A DNA stretch of 64,000 nt. Source: Azolla caroliniana. Lineage: Eukaryota; Plantae; Polypodiophyta. The translations under genes and the position numbers were made by a program. Each line of letters begins with the position of its first letter. Position 1 is the stretch's first letter. The stretch is taken from positions 12,958,001 through 13,022,000 of the forward strand of contig JBHGNT010000003.1 of NCBI GenBank assembly GCA_043228905.1, read 5' to 3'. Below are positions 62,078-64,000 of this stretch, one piece after another. The notes under the pieces were generated by a model, which saw nothing but the letters and a program-made list of their open reading frames with translations, was not told the origin of the DNA and did not search any database.

Positions 62078-63544
62078 CTACTCCAATATGGCCATACTGC
62101 GTAATCGTGTTTCGCCTAGCTCCAACATTTGTTGTAGCCGTATTTGCTCTGATTTGCCCTCTAGTAGCCGGGCTCGTACTTGAATCCGCAGACTGGGTAC
62201 CTGGAATTCGACTGGCATCACGGCCTCCAGCCCAAATGCTAGCCTGAAAGGTGTTGATTGTATGCTAGTCATATAGCTGGTACGGTATGCCCATAACGCG
62301 CTGTGCAATTTGTTATCCCAATCCGTTCTGTTCTCATTGACTATCTTTTTGAGGATAGTTTGTAGGGTTTTGTTCATGGATTTTGCCAAGCCATTTGCTT
62401 GTGGGTAATACGGCGTACTTTTTTTGTGAACCACAACGTAATGTTGGGTCAGTTCGCTAATGACCGTATTCAGAAAGTGGCTCCCTTGGTCACTAATGAG
62501 CTCAATAGGGTAGCCGAAACAACACCAGATGTGTTCATAAAGGAATTTCGCCATGACTGCCACGGTATTCTTGCGTACTGGTTTCGCTTCTACCCACTTG
62601 GTACAGTAATCCGTGGCCACCAGGATATACTTATTGCTTGTTCGAGCTGCCGCCGGGGTAAAGGGTCCCACAAAATCTAGCCCCCACTTTTGGAAAGGAT
62701 CCAGTGGCAACACTGGTTGGTGTGGCATTCTCGCGACTTCCGTGGGCTGGCCCAGTTGTTGACATAAATTGCACTGTGTGCAATATTCATACGCATCTTT
62801 TTGCGTTGTCGGCCACCAAAGTCTCGCTTGCCAGATTTTCCGGGCCGTAACATTGCCCGCGTAATGTCCTCCCGCCGTACCATAGTGGGCTTCGCATAGA
62901 ACCACAACCTTCTCATCTTGCCGTATTCCGCGCCTCCAGATGTCGTCACTGCCTTTGTGGTATAGGATGTCTTCTACTAAAAAAAAAATTCGACTTCGTA
63001 CAACCAGCCGTTTTTTCTTGTCCATCCTTAATTGGGTTGGTGGTAACCCCGTGGTCAGGAAGTAGGTCATTTCCATCAACCATCGATCCGGAAAAGTCTT
63101 CTCTGTTCGTTCTGCTAGAGTTGCTATATGCAAAATGTCTGCATCCAGAAAGTTGTCGTCATCTTTTTGTGTCGTTTCTCCATTATCTAGTCTGCTCAAG
63201 AAATTTGCCACCACGTATTGCGTACCCGGTCGGTGCCGAATTACAAAGTCAAATTCTTGGAGCAACAGCATCCATCTAGCCAATTTTCCCGTCAGTGCCT
63301 GTTTCCCTACCAGATATAGCAATGTCGTATGATCCATGTGAAACATGAATTTCCGCCCTAGCAAATAATGCCGGAATTTATTGATGTTGTATATCATACC
63401 CAATACTTCCCGTTCCATTGTGGAATAGTTGCGCTCAGCCGTTGATAGTTTCTGACTAGCGTAGTACACTGGTTGGTACCAATTCGGCTCCGTGAGCTGC
63501 ATCAGTGCACTACCTATTACTATGTTTGAGGCATCCACGAACAT
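62078..63544 (-). pseudogene. pol: Gypsy RNase H-integrase (488-aa open segment of disrupted pol)
   Basis: FVDASN, QKWGLDFVGPF, LISDQGSHF, YYPQANGLA. Confidence 0.93.
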
Positions 63545-64000
63545 GTGAAATGGCTTCGCCCAAACTGGTGGCTATACGACTGGTGCCTGTGTTAGCATTA
63601 TTTTTAGCGCATCATACACCTTCTCTTCCATTGTTGTCCATTTGAAACGAGTATGGTGAACGGCGGCATGTAATGGCGTGACGAAATCCGCCAAATAGCG
63701 TATCATTTGGTTGTGCCATCGTATTTGTCCCAAAAAACCGATCGAGTGCTTTCGCGTTTGTTAGTGTTTTTGCGTGAGTAATCGCGGAGATTTTGTTCGG
63801 ATCAACCGCTATCCCTTCCTTACTAACTATGTGGCCGAGGAGAGCCCGCTGGTGACGCCGAAGGCGCATTTGGCGGGATTCAGGCTTAAGCGTGCAGTTC
63901 GGCAACACTCCAGGCATAGTTGTAGATGCGTAAAATGGCTGGCTAGTGTCCCATATACTGCAAAATCGTCTAAAAGGACTTGCATGAAGGCCGATATATA

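Larger units (their letters stand above)
49077..64000 (-). mobile_element. Gypsy element (same family as 23230-34300) with extra ORF and probable 3' LTR ~49077-49586; hosts two nested insertions and runs off the window
   Basis: RT/RH/INT at 61800-64000, extra ORF pieces contiguous across the insertions, PPT-like AAAGGGGTGGG at about 49589-49599, minus-strand TATA at about 49422-49429. Confidence 0.82.

Overview
Eukaryotic, plant nuclear DNA. It is most likely from a non-seed plant such as a fern, inferred from the PLS-PPR motif style and a Tcn1-like chromovirus. About 85-90% of the window is a nest of decayed LTR retrotransposons. These comprise two Copia lineages: a Tnt1/Tork-like pair (14409-19885, 51544-57116) and a short-LTR family (1-2790, 26843-32333, solo LTR 34631-35079). 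There is also a tRNA-Trp-primed Gypsy lineage with 4-bp TSDs (2791-6560, 7147-20574, 36999-42035, and a gag-only derivative at 57419-61320), a Gypsy family carrying a conserved extra ORF after pol (23230-34300, 49077-64000), and a self-priming Tcn1-like fragment. The only intact host gene is a 1079-aa PLS-class PPR protein (44644-47883, minus strand) ending in E1 plus a truncated E2, with no DYW domain. The most notable observations are: a copy of an element's own 3' flank inserted between its 5' LTR and PBS; the conserved post-pol ORF rebuilt across two nested insertions; Trp priming with (A/G)CGT target sites; a self-priming PBS; a hairpin enclosing a PPT/LTR junction; and a putative antisense transcription unit with structured 105-bp repeats. 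All alignments were made by eye, and no new biological system is demonstrated.
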